Below, in pieces: positions 47,395 to 60,869 of a stretch of 64,000 nt of DNA. The position numbers and the translations under genes were made by a program. The stretch is from NCBI GenBank assembly GCA_030704615.1, contig CM060734.1:47864001-47928000 (forward strand), in the 5' to 3' direction. Numbering within the stretch: the first letter of the stretch is position 1; every line of letters begins with the position of its first letter. The stretch is from Takakia lepidozioides. Its lineage: Eukaryota; Plantae; Bryophyta. The notes beneath the pieces are model-generated. The model saw only the letters and a program-made list of their open reading frames with translations, had not been told where the DNA came from and ran no database searches.

Positions 47395-49554
47395 GTTAAC
47401 ACAATAAGATATGTAGGGTATCTAGTATCTATCTTAAGAATGGATTATACCACACACTAAGTTGGCCTATGGTTTTCATAGAAGTGCCTTCAAATTGATT
47501 AGAATTTTACTCAACACTTCAAATTTTCATTCTCATCTTGCTAATGTCTACCAAATGTTTTCCCTAAGGTCTCACTTGGAACCTACCTAAGCATTTCGCA
47601 CATCACAAGAAAAATTCCCTTGCACGGACCTAAAAAGAAGTGTCTAATTACAAAGTAGAAGAAGGCATTGTCATGATCCCCTTTGATTGCATGTAAGCAA
47701 GACCCAAGCTCAACAATTTTGACATGTCAAAAATTCTTTCAAGGTGTAACCAATCAATTCTACACCCACATGATTTGTCTCCCCATATGAGCATCATGTT
47801 GTATATAGATGGGCCACCTAGCCCATTGAAAGAAAGAAACCCTGCACCAAAGCAAGCACAAATCATGGTACCTATTCACCCCCCAGGATTTCAGTACCTT
47901 GGGTTTGGAGAGTGGAGACCTTCAAGAGACCCAATTTCTGTGTATACGAGAAACTTGCACAAGAAATTGAAGAACCTTAATAGTAGGATACTTCCCTCCA
48001 AAGAGGCTTGCTGAAATCCTATACGCATTGGTCACATGATATTGATTTCCCGAAGGTTGGCTCAAATATTATTCTTGCGCAGCACTTTCAAATGCTTGAA
48101 AGCTGGTAACCAAATAAACGAGGCAGTTGCAGGATGTTCCAATTGCACCAGGGAGAAGAGTGCAATAAACCATCACAGCTAGTAATCTGGCTATGGATCA
48201 CATGTCCCCTTGCATCTTACTCACTGAATTGAGGAATATCACTGCGATGGTCTCTCTACAGCCACCTTAGATCCTCCCCTTCACAGTAAGGGGTTTGTAG
48301 ACCAATTTATCTGTGGAGCTTATGGGAGAAGATCTAGGGCAAGATACAGTGAGATCCTTGAAAGATAATACCTGTACTTGTTCTTTCCGCAACAGGTAAA
48401 ATGAGTCTGGTTTTGATCCTGCAGTTTCATCCTGGCCGGGAGTGTGTGATTGACATACCAATTCTGACTAATATATGGGCCGCAACATCCCCAGCCAACG
48501 GATGCGGAAGCATTACAGGCTGCATACAAATAGCTGTCCACTTAACCCAGGCTATGTTCAGATTATGCAAAACTATCAATGTATCTCTGCACAAACAGAA
48601 ATATGTAGGTACCTGTATAGGTACTGTAAAATCCTTAGTCAGGTACTGGAGGGCTGCACAGTGTGCTATTGTTGTTACCTTACCCCCTCGATTCATGCTG
48701 ATTAGGCCATGTGAGGTAAGACCGATCGCAACTGTTTCTTCATGACCATAGAACCTTGGGACAAAGTCCTACATGGACCTGACAAAGCTTATCGAGCTCA
48801 AAGCTGAAAGCTCCAGCATGCATGCCAGTGTGAACTACTTGTGCCGAGACTTGCAACAGCTAGCAACCACTGCAACCCCAATCCAAGATGTATTAAAAAC
48901 TTGTTATCTCCAACTCAATGCAATTAGGCCAAAGCAGATGTGAAGTACCGTAACGGAGCGCATCATTGTACAACTCAGCCTTGTCTGGTAATTATGGTGA
49001 CACTACTATCTGCCTTTCTCCTTGATGCATGACCCTCTCTATCCTTGTCTTCCAGGAACCAACTAAAGCACCCAGGGATCCATGGCAAACACAAAGTAGG
49101 AGCTGACCGATATTTGTGGCACAGTCACTGGCATAATCTAATACCAAAATGGATTTTAATAACTCGGATTGCTAAGTACGTCTTTGTAACAAATGTACAG
49201 TGGCTAGTGTGACTGCTGATTGAAGTCAAACCATTGGTCATGCAAAACAGATGTAAACCAAGATATCCTTCAAGCTCTGAAGAGGTCAGAGATGAGCACT
49301 GATCCTACGACAAAATGAGATGACTGGTGCCTACTATACTGTCATTTTCTGTTGTCCGACCACCCTCTACTTCCACATCAGTAAACTGAATCATTCCTTT
49401 GCAGTTTATTTTACATGAAGTCAAAGAATGGAGCTTAAAGAGCAGCGTATTTACCAAGTAAGTGAACTCACAAGACACCCTCAGCCCTCGGTTCTTGCTT
49501 TCACAGGGCTCTCACACCAGGTGAGGGAAGAAATGTCAGTTAATGATGACTTGC

Positions 49555-52500
49555 TTTGTCCCACTTGCTTTTCTTGCTGGAACGAGCCTCAGGCTTGGCA
49601 GAAAGGTCACTAGTTGAAGTAACCGTCTGGATCACCGAAGTTGAGCTAGTGGTGATGGCGGTGCTTGCTTCCCCCATCCCTACTTGTGTACTTATGGCTG
49701 ACAGGCCTGCAAGCAGCAACCATTAACCTAATTTAATATTGGTCTTCACTGCAGGTTGAGCCACATGGGTTAGCAACCAGCAGGTTTCAATTTCTGATTG
49801 TAGGCACACTTGAACATCGAAAAAAAGTCCAAACACGCTGGGAGAGAAGGTTTTTATTAAGCCAAGCACATTACCAGCAAATCTGACCAACAGACAAATG
49901 CATCCGGGATCATGCATAACTGTCAACTGAATACACACCACAGAAGATGAGATTGCAAACATGCTCCGGGCAAAAAGATTGTCAGGTTTATCATGATCTG
50001 TTCTCTGTCCACCATCTGAATGCACCTGCCACCCAAAATTTGAAATAAAACTGGAAGTAATTGCAGTAATGGACGCACTCTTGTGAGCAGTAAGAATCTG
50101 GATGATGGGTTTGGGGCGAAGGTCGGGCAGCAGCCCAGCTGCAGAGGTGGCACGCACGAAGTCAACATTATTGCGCTGACCCTGCTTCCTCTCCTGCTCC
50201 TTCCGTTCCATCTCCCTCCTCTGCTCTCCTGCTGCTCATCCCCCATCCCGTTGACACATTTACTCAATATCTTATAAGTACCCATCTTACTCTACAATGA
50301 GCACAGTCGTAGTCTGGAATAGTTTTCCAAAATTTAAGGTGCACAGAAAGCTGCAAGCTCGTCTGACAAATTAACATCCACTGTCAGTCATGAGCAGGGG
50401 CTGTACCCAGAGCATCATAAAAGTCGCTTGGATGGTAAGCATGTGGATTGAAGATGTCGAGGTTGAAACAACTGCCAATTTGATCAATATTCTGATACTT
50501 AACAGCACGTTGCAAAAAATCAGGATTCCGGTATCCTTTTGAGTTGCGCAGGTCATCGTTGAAGCTTCTCCCTCCTTCCTTCAATATGGAATACCTCCCA
50601 AACTTGGCCTGCCAGGCACCAAATATAAGGCCTAGATTATGAAAATGTATCCCATGGAATCTACCTCTATCACTTTCAGGTTGGAACAGTCTAGTAATTG
50701 CTGAGGGCACCAGTAAACAGCTATGAGTACTGTTCGCAATTGACTTCAGATTTTAGTTCACCCATTTAATCTGTTCTTTGACAGGACAGTCTCAGCCACT
50801 CAGAAACTACCACCAACTTTCATGGAAAAGCTAGCCCCAATCTGTACTCTGGAAATCCGGAAAACATTCATCCTCCCACGCATTACAGCAAGCTACTTAG
50901 ACATGCCATGCAGGGTTCAACAAATACAAACAAACGAAAGTAAACAATCACACTTGCTCTCCATACCATCAAGAACATAAAAAACCAGAGCAGTTCCTAA
51001 GGCCTAAGAACAATAATCAGCACACCCAAAGACAGATCTGCACCAGAGCTAAGGCCTAAGAACAATAATTAGCACACCCAAAGACAGATCTGCTGCCTGT
51101 GTAAACATGACTTCCAGTAGTTCCAACAACAAAATCATGTGGTTCCAAGTTTGGAAGGTGCTACAACTGAGCTGACAACCACTATGTACTTCCACTCCTA
51201 TTGGTGGCAACTCCTCATTTCAAAACACAGCTGAATCGATCAGAGGTAGAAAGAAAGATGCCTGCATGCAATGCTCATACCTGCAACTCCTCTGAGCATG
51301 GGGTCCGTGGTGGAGATGGTAGAAAGTCGGCCAGTGCATCCGGTTCAGCTACAGGTGTGTTCCCACCATTTTCGATGGTGTCTTGTGCCACTGATATCTG
51401 CAGTTCACCTTCATCTCTGCTAGGGGTCAGCCCCTTCCCAGGTGAACGTGTCTGCAGTGGTGTCAGCAGCTTTTCATGCAGACCCCCTGTTCAGAGTTGT
51501 CACCCGCATGTCAGTGTGTTGCAGTCCAGTGCTGAATCAGAATTGCAATGTCAGTTGTAGACTTCGTCATTGCATAGCAGCATTCCAGTTGCTCTTTCAC
51601 ATCGGAAGTCATAAGACATAGTTTACTTGGCTGGAGTTATACTGAGGAAACTCACCAACTACTAAACCTTTCTCATGTTATTTTAAGGTTTGTTGTCCAA
51701 GAGAGAGGAAGCAGCTTGACTTGCTTTCCATCTCCTCCTATGTGTCACCCATGCTTAGAACATTGTGATCAAAAAGTGGTACCATACAACTTCTTAGTAG
51801 TTCAAGCAGTGAATAGTAGAAAATTGGGATGTTATGACATGCTTGAATTAAAATTGAAAAGTGCAAGATTTTGGATTAAATTCGGGCTTTTGGCCAAGAG
51901 AAAGAAAGAAAAAGAGACTCACTCTATATGTACATGCCCAAGAACCACCTTGACCTAGCCTTCTAGGCACAGAACCCATCCCAGAATAGACTAATGCGGA
52001 GGAAGGGAAACCACCTAGCCACTTTCTGAGACTTTTTGGGGATCATTCTTTTGAAGTTTGATGTGCCTTAGAGAATTGGCAAGTCTTTCAAAGGCAAGCA
52101 CCACAGCTCACAGCAATACAGGTTGTCATCCCTCCCTTGTGTATAAAAAATTGCAGCAATACAAATCAGCATGGTTATAAGTAGCGTACCATTGTCCACC
52201 TCGATGGCATCCTCTAGCACCGCTCGCCCTGCGCTAAGAATCTCGCCTTCCTGCACAGGCACTCACACATCAGCGAGCCCATCCGTGCATCCCCTGAGAC
52301 AAGCAGGGCCACCTCTTACCAGTAAGAATCGATTACATGACCTAAAATTGCTAGCAGAGATCATCGAACTTGGCTCTTGACATGAGCTGCTAGCTCTCAC
52401 AGCTTACTGCATATCAAACAGACACCTAGTTTTACCCACACAATCGAAGCCATTAAAACATTACTCAGCAAGTGACTATACTAAGCCCCTGCGAGTTAGG

Positions 52501-52832
52501 AACAGGCACCCCTTGTCATGGCCATTTCAAATAGCTGAATAGAAATCACCCACACATACGAGCTGAACCCTAACGGAGGCGAGAAAGATCTCGTCAAGCA
52601 CCTTTCTCCAAAATGTAGGTCAGATCGGAAGAATCACCTCGTGCTCTGGAGAAGGAGCCGCCTCATCATGGGCATAGTCCACAATGCTTCCAGGTGCACG
52701 CCCACCCACGGCTTGTGCGTGTGAAGCAGCAGGGTGCGAGGGGGAGGCATCCCCATCCAAGTCATCGTCTGAATCCTGTTCTCCATACACTGACAGAAGC
52801 GCAATCCCCTCTGCTTTACGTCGACCGGCCAT
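49555..52832 (-). CDS. SAP30BP: SAP30-binding protein (HCNGP-like); the 3'-most exon(s) lie below 49555 and were not resolved
   Basis: MAGRRKAEGIALLSVYG..IVDYAHDE; FLPSPPRTPCSEELQ; SFNDDLRNSKGYRNPDFLQRAVKYQNIDQIGSCF..IFNPH..SDFYDAL; MERKEQERK; KKSKWDK. Confidence 0.88.
50998..51093. repeat. Intronic tandem duplication (52-bp period)
   Basis: TAAGGCCTAAGAACAATAAT(C/T)AGCACACCCAAAGACAGATCTGC occurs twice. Confidence 0.9.
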
Positions 52833-53156
52833 CTCCACGATGCTGTGCCTGCAAGCCCTCGCCTGATGAAGCTTCCCAAACACTCCCCCTTCAGTTTGAC
52901 AACCCCAAACACACCTTGTCGTCCTCCATAACAGCACCCACACTGCCAACAACAAGTGCAGAAAAGACGCTCCTCAGAACGCCGAATCCCCTCATAAAAC
53001 CATCGCCAGCCATGAGCCCACCTCCCCTTTCTCTCTCCTTCCACAGCGCTTGCCACCCCTATTCACTCATCTCACCCTAAACATCAGTAGATACCGTTTT
53101 AACTTTTAACATGTAGTAAAAAGGAGTGAGAGGATAAAAGATAAAAGAGAAAAGAT

Positions 53157-54285
53157 AAAGATAAAGTTTCTTTAACGTCCAGTGAATTTACAGAGCCTAC
53201 TGTAGTCTGAAGGCACGTTGAAGAATTGAACCCAGGATCACCCAGGTTAAGGCACAAATACCCAACCACTGGGCTACCTGCTCAAGTAAACCTAGTATGA
53301 GGGCAGAGTCCCCAAGGTGGAATAACATACAATAACCCTCCACCCAGCATGAGTACCTACCTGGATTCGAGCCCAGATTCACCTGAGTGATACCAAGTGC
53401 ACTATCCAACTGAGCTACCATCTAGAGAATAATTTTCTACAGTGCCTATTGCTTTAATAACTAGGGCTTCGCGTTGCTCCGCACTACTAGCGACGAATTC
53501 TGAGAACTACATTCAATTTTCACAAGGGCGGGGTCATCCGCATGGTGTTACATACACACATCCCGGGTTTCATTGTTTGACGCAAGAAGAATGACTCCGC
53601 CTTTCATTGCTTGATGCAGATAAAATTATTCTTCCATGGAGGCTTTGTTTGAACTATACGACATATTTGCTACCATAGGTACCCAACGATGTGTTCAATG
53701 TGACTTTTATGACAAAATAGTTGTTTTTTTTAATTTTATTTTAAGGGAAACACCTGCGTGCGACAGCTCACAAATCACCCCCTTGATAGTGAGGAGAAAA
53801 TAACCTCAAACCTCGCCATGAAGGCTATCTGATGGGACACTGCCCAAGGGTAGTGGGAGAAGAGTAGGAGAAGAGCATACCACACCCGTCAAGTAGCAGG
53901 ATTTGATCCCAGAATCATCTGGGTGGCATCAGTGCACTAACCAACTGTGCTACTGACTCTTGGTAATAGTTATTTGAAAATATCAAGTTGCCACTGGCAC
54001 CCCAACAATTTTTCAAATCTCAATAAAGTCAATAATAATAATAATACCCTGACCCAGGGGGTAAATCTTTTCACAAAATTCAGGTTACCCTTCCGAGACC
54101 ACCATACAAAGAGATAAAAAAGTTTCTTTAACGTCGAGTGAATTTACAGAGACTACTGCTCAACACCTGGGCCAAAGGCCCATTGGACGGTCTGAAGGCA
54201 CATGTTGAAGGATTGAACCCAGGATCACCTAGGTTATGCACAGGCAAGGCACAAATACCCAACCACTGGGCTACCTGCTCAAGTG
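53157..54285 (-). mobile_element. Cluster of four tRNA-derived SINE heads (~53205-53280, 53280-53421, 53720-53958, 54195-54278) with a duplicated block 53157-53285/54112-54284
   Basis: Minus-strand A boxes (TAGCCCAGTGG, TAGCTCAGTTGG, TAGCACAGTTGG) and B-box-like motifs (GGTTCAAT, GGCTCGAATCC, GGATCAAATCC); the 53.7-kb copy ends in an A-rich tail. Confidence 0.7.
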
Positions 54286-54719
54286 CGATTAGGCTTACAT
54301 TGGAAGAAATCTGAGAACCACAGATAGTTATGTGTGCTTATCATTTTTGTATATTTCGGATATGTTTGTAGGCATTGCCACAGCCTTTTGCAGTTCGCTG
54401 CTTGTTCTAATCTAAATTACAAAACAGCCTGTTAGAGCAGTGTTGCAATAATACTTTTGGAGTTGAGTCAGTTGGTTCCCTTGGTTGAAGGAGGCATGAT
54501 ATGTTAGTTGCTCATTACCATATCACAAGCCTGTGCTTGATCTAAGTAGGTCAGGGTTTGTTACAGCCCAGCTAGAGTAACCTCTCCACTGGTGGCTGCA
54601 CTGTGGCTCTATACAATTACCATGTACTATGAGAATGCAACCACTAACCTTGAGAGTTGCCAATGCATCAGACTATACGCTGGCAATCAGATTATGTAAG
54701 TAGCATTTAACGTACCCAA

Positions 54720-57700
54720 AAGTGCCCATCACACGCGTTGATACATAGCCATGAACTCTGCAGGCACTAAGCATGGCCCTCCACACCCCAACATCTGGTT
54801 GCAGCATGGACATCTTTACCTGTCTCCTGGGCACCCCAGGCTTGCACACAGATTGAGAACACAATTGAACGTGACCTTGTCTGGCATCACCCTTTCCCCC
54901 ATTATTTGCTCATAGATCTGAAGAGCCTCCCCTGCCACTACCATGTTGAGCATATCCTGCCATCATATGGTGTTCCATGCCACCACATCTTGTTGAGTCA
55001 TTTTGTCAAAGGATAAGCATAGGATAAGCGGATCAAGCTCGCAAATTTCTGAAGGGGAAGTTGTCATTCAAGTTTGTTGAAGCCAAGATTGTCCGTCGAT
55101 CTAAGCTGCAAATACTGTTGAGCCTCTCCGTCGCTTAGTTCGTTCATGGCACACGCTGAGCCTGATTTGATCCTGGCCCTGTACATGCAGTCCCCACACA
55201 TCCAAAGGTTCTTGATGATGCCGATAGGCGTCCCAGAGGTGTGCTTATCAGCCAAAAAGCAATGGCCAGCTTCTCACTGAGGTGGCAGAGAGAAAATTCC
55301 TTTTGCTGCTCTTCCACATCGTGCAATACAAAACGAGTGTCTGGTCTGGCATGTACCCGGTTTTCTCCATCTGCTCAGAGACTCTCTTCAGCTCAGCATG
55401 GATTTCCCCCATTTGTGGATGCAGTTTGTCTTCTGCAACAAAGGTATGCACCCGGTTGTCCACCTCAATACAGCTGTGCCCTGGCTCCTTTCCTACACCT
55501 CTCTTGTGCACCATTTTCCTGACCTTTGCTGTGTCAGCCCACCTGCCAGCTGCATCATAGATGTTTGATAGGAGCACATAAGTTGCAAAGTGCTGTGGAT
55601 CGCACTTGAGAATGCATGTCGTTGCATGCTCTGCTTGCTCCACATTGCCATGAATTCTACATGCACCAAGCCAGGCACCCCACACCGTAGCATCTGGCTT
55701 AATTGGCATCTTACTAACTCTGCCTCATCCAATCGCCCTGCACGGCCAAGAAGGTCCACCATGCAGCCAAAGTGCTCCAGGGTAGGAGTGAGACTATGGT
55801 CTTGACTAATGGAAACAAAGTAGTGAAAGCCTTCATCCACTAGGTCCACATGGCTACATGCAGACAAAACACATATAAAGGTGATACCATTTTTCTTCAA
55901 GTCCTCCAGTCTCATGTGTTCAAATAGTTGCCCGGCCTCCCTACCCCATACTGGGCATATCCTGCAATCATCGCATTCCATGAGACCAAATCTTGTTCGC
56001 ACTTGGCATACATGTTCACAAGCGCAGTCTCGAGAATGATGTCTGATGCAATTCCAGCTTCTATAATGTCAGCATACACCTCTTTTCCCTTTCCCAGGGC
56101 TGCCAGGCTGGCACAAGCATTGAGCACACAGATGAATGTGACCTTGTCGGGCATCAGCCCTTCCCCTCGCATTTTCTCATACATCTCGAAAGCCTCCTTA
56201 CTGAAACCATGCTGAGCATATCCTGCAATCATTGTGTTCCATGAGACCAAATCTCGTTCAGCCATGTTGCCAAACACTTGGCACGCATCCTTCAGGCTCC
56301 CGCATTTAGCATACATGTTCAGTAAGGTATTCTCCAAATTAATATATGACCCAGTTCCAGTTTGATAATGTCAGCATGAACCCTTTTGCCCTTTTCCAGG
56401 GCACATGCATTGAGAATGCAAATGAAGGTGACCAAATCAGGGGTCACCCCTGCCTGTAGCATTTGCTCATAGATCTCAAAAGCTTCCTTACCAAACCCAT
56501 GCTGAGCATATCCTGCAATCATCGCACTCCAGAACAAATCCCATCTTCAAAGTGGTGGAAGCGGTTAGCGTCCCATACAAAAATTGCTCGGCCAACAATG
56601 TTTGAGATGAATTTGGTGGAGGTGTGGCAGTCACCACACACTCGAAGATTCTTGATAAGACGGAGAGGCGTCCTAGGGGTCGTGCTGATCAGCCCAAAAC
56701 CATTGGCCAGCTTCTCACTGTGGTGGCAAAGAGAAAACTCCTTTTCGCTCATATGTCTCCAAAGCCTCCCTACCAACTCCATGCTGGGCATATCCTGAAA
56801 TCATTGCACTCCAGGAGAGCACATCTCATTCAGCCACCAGGCTGGCACATGCATTGAGAACGCACACAACCGTTACCTGGTTGGGCATAACCCCTTTCTG
56901 TTTTGCTCATAGATCTCCAAAGCCTTTTTACCACATCCAAGCTGAGCATATCCTCCGATCATCGCACTCCATGAGACCACATTTTGTCGAGCCATATTGT
57001 CAAACACTAGATGCACATCTGTCATGTTCCCAAATTTGGCATAATGTTGGCAAGGGCAGTTTCCAGGACGATATTTGGCTCAATTCTGGCTTTGATAATA
57101 TCAGCATGGATCTTTTTGCCCTTTTCCAGGTCTGCTAGGCTGGCTCATGCATCGAGAACGGAAAATCCAAGCACCATGTGTTTGGAAGTTGGCAATTAGG
57201 TGTGGCTTCAAATGTGTGGAAAACATGTCCAATAATGCACAAGCTACTAATATTGTGATAAACTGTCCACTCATCTGAGCAGCTGTAAAAGACAATCCAA
57301 TATGAGCACTCCTTACCCATTGGATCATAGCGTGGCCCGCATCCTTAAAGAAATCATCTGAGGGCCGCTTTCCTGTGAGAATCTCCAGGAGCACCACACC
57401 AAAGCTGTACAAGCAGATGAAAAAACTTACATTATGAAACCACCACTGTGAAGCATCTGAGAAAAACTCCAGCCAGAGCTGTTTGTTGCTCATTGCTTGA
57501 TCTGCGTGCAGACACTACAAGAGCATGCGAGCTCTGTCATTTCCCTTACTCCGAGGAAAATCCTGGTAGGCATTACCCCCTAAACACATTCTATTCAGCC
57601 GTATTCTCAAACACATCAGGCACATACCCAGCCTCCTTCATCTGCCCAGACAATCTGCTCAGCACAGCATGGATTTCCTCAATCTGTGGATGCATTTTGT

Positions 57701-58310
57701 CATCGACAATGAATGTATGCACTTCGGTGTTGACCTCAATGTAGCTGCGACCTGGCTCCTTCTGCACACCTCTGGCCTTCATCATTTTCCAAACTGATGT
57801 GGCATCGTCCCACCTGCCAGCTGCAGCATGGATGTCTGATAGCAACACATAAGTTGCGGCATCTTGTTCATCCCACTTGAGGATAGATGTTGCCACACGT
57901 TCAGCCATCTCCACATTGCCATGGATTCTGCAGGCACCAAGCAAGGCCTTCCACACCACAACATCTGGATTGATTGGCATTTTATTAATCAGGTCCACTG
58001 CCTCATCCAGTTGTCCCGCACGTCCAAGAAGATCCACCATGCAGCCAAAGTGCTTTACTGTCGGAGTAACACCATGATCTTGACTCAGGGAATTGAAGTA
58101 GTGTCTTCCTTCATTCAGTAGGCCAGTGTGGCTGCATGCAGAGAGAACACATATAAAGGTGATACTGTCCGGCTTCAAGCCGTTCTTTTACATTCCTTCA
58201 AATAGTTGCAGGACCTCCCTATGACAACCATGCTGGGCATATCCTGCGATCATCAAATACCCACGACACCACATTTCGTTCAGTCACATTGTCAAATACT
58301 CCCTTTGCCC
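54720..58310 (-). pseudogene. Cluster of at least three fused, broken PLS-E-DYW PPR pseudogenes
   Basis: P/L/S motifs; E1/E2 (WKALLGACRIHGNVE, TYVLLSNIY); PG boxes KEPGRSYIEV (57.75 kb) and KEPGHSCIEV (55.48 kb); DYW cores [28 protein letters not shown] (56530-56750) and [16 protein letters not shown] (55190-55320). Frameshifts and abrupt junctions throughout. Confidence 0.92.
57317..57412 (-). pseudogene. Orphan receptor-like kinase exon fragment (subdomain IX-X)
   Basis: YSFGVVLLEILTGKRPSDDFF...IQW followed by a GTAAG donor. Confidence 0.85.
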
Positions 58311-58619
58311 CTCTAATCAAGGTCATTGCGAATCATATTCACTTTCATCTTCAAGCTCTGGAGAAGATCCACCACCCACACCAGAAATATGACAGCACTC
58401 TAATTTCCTTCCACTATCACCAGAGACAGTCAAAATCCCCCCTTCACTAACTACCTGTAGACCCCGCTACTGTTTCATGTGGATCTATGGTACAGAAATG
58501 CGCCCCTCAACAATACATCATGGCCATTATTCTCAGGAAATGGTGGATGAATTGAGTAGCTACACAGATCAAAGAATGAAGCAAGGCATCCGCACCATTC
58601 CAACAAACAAGACAACGTT

Positions 58620-58706
58620 TCACCAGTAATCCCTACAAGAACAAACCCCATCTTCAAAGTGGTGAAAGCGGTTAGTGTCCCATACAACACTTGCTCGGCC
58701 AACAAT
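58620..58706 (-). pseudogene. Isolated DYW C-terminus
   Basis: [28 protein letters not shown] (TGA at 58622-58620). Confidence 0.92.
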
Positions 58707-59690
58707 CTTTGAGACCAAATGTACTGAGAGGCTTTATACACAGGATTGAAAACTTTCTTGCTCTCATGAGTCTTCAAAATGGTAGATACATTCGGCGCTT
58801 ATGGCCCCTCTCTAGTCCCTGATGGTGATTTGTAGGCCTACCCTCCACAAAAGGATATGCAAGACAATCGCAGAAAATCATCTTTCCAAAGATTGTACTC
58901 ATAAGACGTTGTTTGCCATCTTTCCAAAGAAAGGCAGGGCATGATTGCTGAGCCATGGGAGGATGCTGTTTTGAGTGTCTCATCAAACTTCCAATGTAGG
59001 AATAAGATAATGTAATCGTCCAGTGGGTGGGAGAACCCATGGCCAGCAGATGCATGCATTGAGTGGGAATGATCTTGGAATAAACAGAGTATGCAATTCT
59101 CGTAATACCCATTGTAGGCAGGTCATGTTTGTCCCATATGGCCGCTGCAAGAAGTCTTTGATCAATGTGCACGCCCCACTGCACAAGCAATCCACCACAT
59201 CATAAATTGAGCTTGCACCCACAAGAGAGCAGGCTCTTGCTTTTCACAAGCAGTCCCTGTGAGAGACATCTGGGTCTGCAGGTCTTTCAACTTACATTTA
59301 ACATGCAAGTCCTTCGACAACCATGTTGCAAAACTGATGTGTTAGCTTGTAATAATTGATGTGCACACTTAATTTGGTCCACAGCATGCCCTTAGATATG
59401 AGCATCCTGGGTGGGACAGGCCACCTATGTCTACCTATTAGCCCCCCAATAGACAAAAGTGGAAAGTGTCAGTCCTCACCTCATGAAATGTTTTCTGCCT
59501 CAGTGATGCCAAACATTGAAGTTTGTCAACCAACCCACCATTTACAGCAGAAACTGGACATGGATCATGAATTTCATTATGCTTTTAAAACCAGCATTCT
59601 GTTGAGGTGGTGACCCCCTGTCCCAAGGCATCAATGTTTTGCTTCCTGCTATGTTGGAGCTCTGATTTTTGTAGTCCACAGCTGGCGCTC

Positions 59691-60560
59691 CTATCTTATG
59701 TTAATACTTTGCAATGACAGATCACCAGTTCCTCCCATGGAGACCTTCTTGACAGGTTGTGCCATCCCAAATACCTTCCAAAAGCGAAGTGTCTCATCCG
59801 CAGCAGCGGAGACTACCATTGTTCCATCAGGGCTCTACACAAATTACAGCACTAAAATCATGAGAAAGTCACAAACATACAAGTAATTCACTCAATTTCA
59901 ACAAACGATGGCAATGACGATGTTGGACCGTCAGTGGCATTATGGATCCACATGTGCATTTTCGAGCCAGAGCTGCAACACGGCTCATCTGAACCCTAGA
60001 GTAGTACAAACGTAAGTGTAATATGAAATGAAATTCTGCAAATTGTCATCTTTGGAAACACTAGAATGTCAACAGAAAGAAGTCTTAAAACCTGGGCAAG
60101 ATGGAGAACACGGGCAGTGTGACCAGAGAGTTCAGCAATTTTGGCCATACATGGATACTTCCGCAAGCACAGTTGATTCTGGCTGAACCCATGGCTGCTC
60201 AGTATCTCCTTTTGATGCCGGTTCCATTGCAGAGCACACACCTGAGTGCACAACCCAATGTTTGACCACCAGACCTAGATCAATAATAGTGAAACCTTGT
60301 GTGATGCAGAACATCTTCACATATGCCATCCTAACTTGCCCATGCAGTTCTGAAAAGTTCAGATATCACCAACTGAATTTAGAGGAACATATATAATACA
60401 GTTTTTCAAACATCTCATTTTCAGTCATAAGAAACTACATACGGTGCACTAAAACTTTCTCATTACACGAGAAATGGGACAGTGGAATTAATAATATCAC
60501 ATCGTATACCCAAAAGCAAACAACCTTACCATCATGATTGATGATGTGGCTGTCACGACC
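59691..60560 (-). pseudogene. CDC20: CDC20 (APC/C activator) gene fragment, 5'-truncated and internally deleted
   Basis: GRDSHIINHD|gtaag (60560-60530); exon 60241-60092 [44 protein letters not shown]; exon 59834-59691 [16 protein letters not shown]...IR* (IR tail). The WD40 repeats expected between NHD and VCALQW are missing, and conserved LWKYP reads LRKYP. Confidence 0.88.
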
Positions 60561-60869
60561 AAAACACGTTCACAAGCCTAAGCAAGCAAAATGATGTGAT
60601 CTGCGGAGCCTTTGCACGAAAACCGAAGCTGATCGAATGAGGGAAAGGCCACGGTTTGCATTGAGCAGCGAGACTTTTGAGAGCTTGCAAGGTGCACGAT
60701 GGCGGAAAACGCAGAGCTCCTGCAGTTCAAGAACTTCAAGAAACGGGCAGTCCGGGCAATTCCAAACCAACTTGGCGCTTTGGGGTTTTTTGCACGGGCA
60801 ATCAGGGCAGACTCGACAGAATTTGACGACGAAACGTGGCTATGAAACGTGGCGACGATGACGTGGCAC

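Noticed and set aside
53205-54278. Genuine tRNA genes
   Set aside because: A/B boxes are present but there is no acceptor stem or complete cloverleaf; interpreted as SINE heads.
58710-59300. Coding-like minus-strand ORFs between the DYW tail and CDC20
   Set aside because: No family recognised in any frame; possibly another captured fragment, but unsupported.
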